Part shown: positions 15,816 through 18,249 of the stretch, one piece after another
Numbering within the stretch: position 1 is the first letter of the stretch
Layout: each line of letters begins with the position of its first letter
Source: a bacterium
GTDB taxonomy: Bacteria; Zhuqueibacterota; Zhuqueibacteria; Oceanimicrobiales; Oceanimicrobiaceae
Assembly (NCBI GenBank): GCA_046757025.1
Contig: JBHHXN010000108.1
Location: 1-18,249, forward strand
Length of the DNA: 18,249 nucleotides
Direction: 5' to 3'
Made by a program: the position numbers and the translations under genes
Notes under the pieces: generated by a model
Told to the model about the DNA's origin: nothing
Databases searched by the model: none
Seen by the model: only the letters and a program-made list of their open reading frames with translations

Positions 15816-16907
15816 TCAAGCTTGCTTGAGCAGATAATTTATTCCGGAGCCGATGAGTTTTTCCTCCACATCGCTGACGATCTTCACCGAACCGATATCT
15901 TGCGGAAGAACAAATCGCAAACTTCCCTGCAGCGCTTTTTTATCGGAACGCATGGCCTGCCACAGGGTCTGTTTGTTGAGATATTTAATTTTTTTCTCCA
16001 AATCAAATTTGGCCACCAGTGATTGAATTCGATCAAAGGCTTGTTTACTGAGCAGATTCAAATCTCGTGCAATTTTGCTTTCTGCCAGCATGCCAAGCAG
16101 CACAGCCTCGCCGTGTGACAACTGGCCGTAGCTGCCGGCGGCTTCCAGCGCATGCCCGATGGTGTGGCCGAAATTCAAGATCATACGCACTCCGTGCTCT
16201 TTTTCGTCCAGGGCTACGATTTCGGCTTTGATTTTGCAGCAGCGTTTCACAAGGCGCCGCAGCAATTCGGTGTCCAGCGCCAGGACCGAGTTCACGTTGT
16301 TTTCAAGCAGATCAAACAATTCCGCATCGTAGATGACGCCGTATTTTATCATTTCACCTAATCCGCAAACCAGCTCTTGCCGGGGCAGCGTCTTTAACAG
16401 AGCCAGGTCTATCCAGATCAATTTTGGCTGGTAAAAGGTACCGATTAGATTTTTCCCCACCGGGTGATTCACGCCGGTTTTGCCGCCTACACTGGCATCC
16501 ACCTGAGCCAATAAGGTCGTGGGCACCTGAACAAACTGCACCCCTCTTTTGTAGATGGAAGCCACAAAGCCGGCCAAATCGCCGACCACACCGCCTCCCA
16601 GCGACACCACCATTACCTGTCGCTCGAATTGCGATTCAAGCATTCTAGTGAGAATTTTTCCGGCTGTTGACCATGATTTGGATTTTTCGCCGGGAGCCAC
16701 GGTCGCCAGCTCGACTTTGTGCATGACCGTTTTTAAGCCGTCCAGAAGTTTCAGGCCGTACAGTTTGTGCACGGTGTTGTCGGTGAGAACAAAGGCATCC
16801 TGGCCCCATTCGTAAATTCGTAACATCTCACCCAATTTCTCCAGAATGTCTTCGCCGATATAAATGGGACAAACAGCATCTTTGAACTGAATTTTGATGT
16901 GGATCAT
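15816..16907 (-). CDS. aroB: 3-dehydroquinate synthase
   Basis: GEKSKS, LGGGVVGDLAGFVAS, PTTLLAQVDASVGGKTGVN, GKNLIG, EMIKYG, LNFGHTIGHALE and HGEAV. Start is ATG 16907 or TTG 16919. Confidence 0.95.
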   Translation of the reverse strand: MIHIKIQFKDAVCPIYIGEDILEKLGEMLRIYEWGQDAFVLTDNTVHKLYGLKLLDGLKTVMHKVELATVAPGEKSKSWSTAGKILTRMLESQFERQVMVVSLGGGVVGDLAGFVASIYKRGVQFVQVPTTLLAQVDASVGGKTGVNHPVGKNLIGTFYQPKLIWIDLALLKTLPRQELVCGLGEMIKYGVIYDAELFDLLENNVNSVLALDTELLRRLVKRCCKIKAEIVALDEKEHGVRMILNFGHTIGHALEAAGSYGQLSHGEAVLLGMLAESKIARDLNLLSKQAFDRIQSLVAKFDLEKKIKYLNKQTLWQAMRSDKKALQGSLRFVLPQDIGSVKIVSDVEEKLIGSGINYLLKQA

Positions 16908-16946
16908 TTTCTTTTCCAATTCTAATTGTAAAGGAAAAATCCTTCC

Positions 16947-16975
16947 ATTGTATAAATATAGAGAATCTTATGCAA
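16947..16975 (-). promoter_or_regulatory. Putative sigma70 promoter of aroB
   Basis: Minus strand TTGCAT (16975-16970), 17-nt spacer, TACAAT (16952-16947). Confidence 0.55.
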
Positions 16976-17022
16976 GGGATATTTTGTTGATATGTTGCTT
17001 ATGGGAGGTGCGAGCAATAAAT

Positions 17023-17979
17023 TCACTGCGAAGCCATTCGCAGTAAAACTTTCAAGGTAGAATTTTGTTTGGCATACCCGATGGCTTCAACAGCCCGATG
17101 AAAGGGAAATATTCGCTCCACCAACGGTTGTACCTGTACCAGATTTTGCTGTAAAAGCCGAATAGCCGCGTCAAAGGGGCCGCAGCGGGAGCCGACAATC
17201 GTTATTTCATCGATGACGATGGGCGCTGCGTCCAACTGCAATTTATCGTTGTAGGTGCTCTTCAAAATCAAAACCCCGCGCGGCTTCAGCGCTTGCATGG
17301 CCGCCGCAAAACCCGTGGGCGAGCCCGAAACTTCCACCACATAGTCAAATTGTTTGACAGGAATTTGTTTCAGCGGAGCGGTTTTCACACCGAATGATTC
17401 CGCCAGGGCCATTTTATTTGCGTGCTTACCGATCAATAGAATCTCGGCCCCGGACAGTTTCACCACTTGGCAGAGCAAAAGCGCCAGTTTGCCATCGCCC
17501 ACGATGCCAACGCGATGGCCGGGTTGGATTTGACACTGTTCCAATATCTCCAGGGCCGCAGCCAGCGGTTCAACAAAGACAGCAGACTCATCGGAAACGG
17601 TTGCCGGCACTTCGTGCAAATTGCTCACGGGAACCACGACCATTTCAGCGAACGCACCGTTTTGATTCAGAATCCCCAGTACGGTGCGCCGGGGGCAGTG
17701 CCGGCTCATTCCGCGGCGACAATATTCGCAGCTACGGCAGCCAAAATTGATCTCCCCGCAAACCCGTTTGCCCAGCCACGCTTTGTGCTGGCAGGCTTGC
17801 ACTACACCCACAAATTCATGTCCCAGCACCCCCTTGAATCCCATGTATCCCTTGATGAGCTCTAAGTCTGTGTTGCAAATCCCGGCCATACTCACCCGAA
17901 TCAACGCCTCATCGGCTTTGGGCATCGGTGCAGCCAAGTCGTTTAAAGTCAGGGTGTCGTTTAAAATTAGCGCTTTCAT
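17023..17979 (-). CDS. Zn-dependent medium-chain dehydrogenase/reductase (alcohol dehydrogenase-like)
   Basis: GICNTD, GHEFVG, structural-Zn motif CRSCEYC...HC, VEPLAAA and Rossmann variant GIVGDGKLA. Confidence 0.92.
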   Translation of the reverse strand: MKALILNDTLTLNDLAAPMPKADEALIRVSMAGICNTDLELIKGYMGFKGVLGHEFVGVVQACQHKAWLGKRVCGEINFGCRSCEYCRRGMSRHCPRRTVLGILNQNGAFAEMVVVPVSNLHEVPATVSDESAVFVEPLAAALEILEQCQIQPGHRVGIVGDGKLALLLCQVVKLSGAEILLIGKHANKMALAESFGVKTAPLKQIPVKQFDYVVEVSGSPTGFAAAMQALKPRGVLILKSTYNDKLQLDAAPIVIDEITIVGSRCGPFDAAIRLLQQNLVQVQPLVERIFPFHRAVEAIGYAKQNSTLKVLLRMASQ

Positions 17980-18208
17980 ATCTACTAAAACCTAAATTGA
18001 GTTATTGAGCCTTGAATGGTTCCATAAACGGGTGAAAGTTTCCAGAATTAAGGATGTTCACGCTTTAGAGATTGCGTGAAAACGAACAAACTACGCGTCG
18101 GGCATCCTGAAAGCAATCTTTATAAATTGCAACTATTCAACCGCTTGCTTATGGCCAGAAAAAAATCAAGGCTAAATAGTGATTGACCGAAAAATCCATA
18201 TTTCTTCA

Positions 18209-18249
18209 CCCTGAGCCCTTCGACAAGCTCAGGATAAACTGCGTCGAAG
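18209..18249. repeat. REP-like palindrome of the cttcgacaagctcag type, truncated by the window end
   Basis: cctgagc-ccttcgacaa-gctcagg forms a hairpin. cttcgac (18218-18224) is also complementary to gtcgaag (18243-18249), giving a nested arrangement. Confidence 0.7.

Noticed and set aside
15816..16907. Sugar-phosphate cyclase for a secondary metabolite, suggested by the adjacent dehydrogenase
   Set aside because: It has a canonical AroB motif set and its own candidate promoter, and no tailoring genes are nearby.

Overview
Bacterial chromosomal window, almost all genes on the minus strand. The gene types (TonB-dependent receptor with an N-terminal carboxypeptidase-regulatory-like domain, lipoproteins, a FlgD-Ig/T9SS-A-like C-terminal tail) suggest an FCB-related lineage such as KSB1 or Calditrichota; this is inference only. 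From left to right it holds: a collapsed type I restriction hsdR remnant; a TonB-dependent receptor with an upstream two-repeat lipoprotein; a STAS anti-anti-sigma factor; a DUF5658 membrane protein; a short LeuA-family (DRE-TIM) synthase; enoyl-CoA hydratase; a hollowed-out secreted-protein pseudogene; 3-hydroxybutyryl-CoA dehydrogenase; thiolase; an orphan leuD; moaC; a YbdK/GCS2 ligase; an M28 peptidase lipoprotein; aroB; and a Zn-dependent dehydrogenase. No rRNA, tRNA, CRISPR array or transposase gene was recognised. The most notable features are these. (1) A diverged ~150-bp inverted repeat pair brackets moaC-ybdK, and its left copy carries a nested 182-bp MITE-like insertion with a 10-bp target duplication. 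(2) A second, 119-bp element has 12-bp terminal inverted repeats. (3) Several unrelated 7-bp-periodic intergenic palindromes are present. (4) Two genes have lost their middles. (5) A thiolase-hbd-crt cluster is coupled to an atypical LeuA-like enzyme and an atypical LeuD. (6) The DUF5658 protein starts with a candidate c-di-GMP-binding motif.
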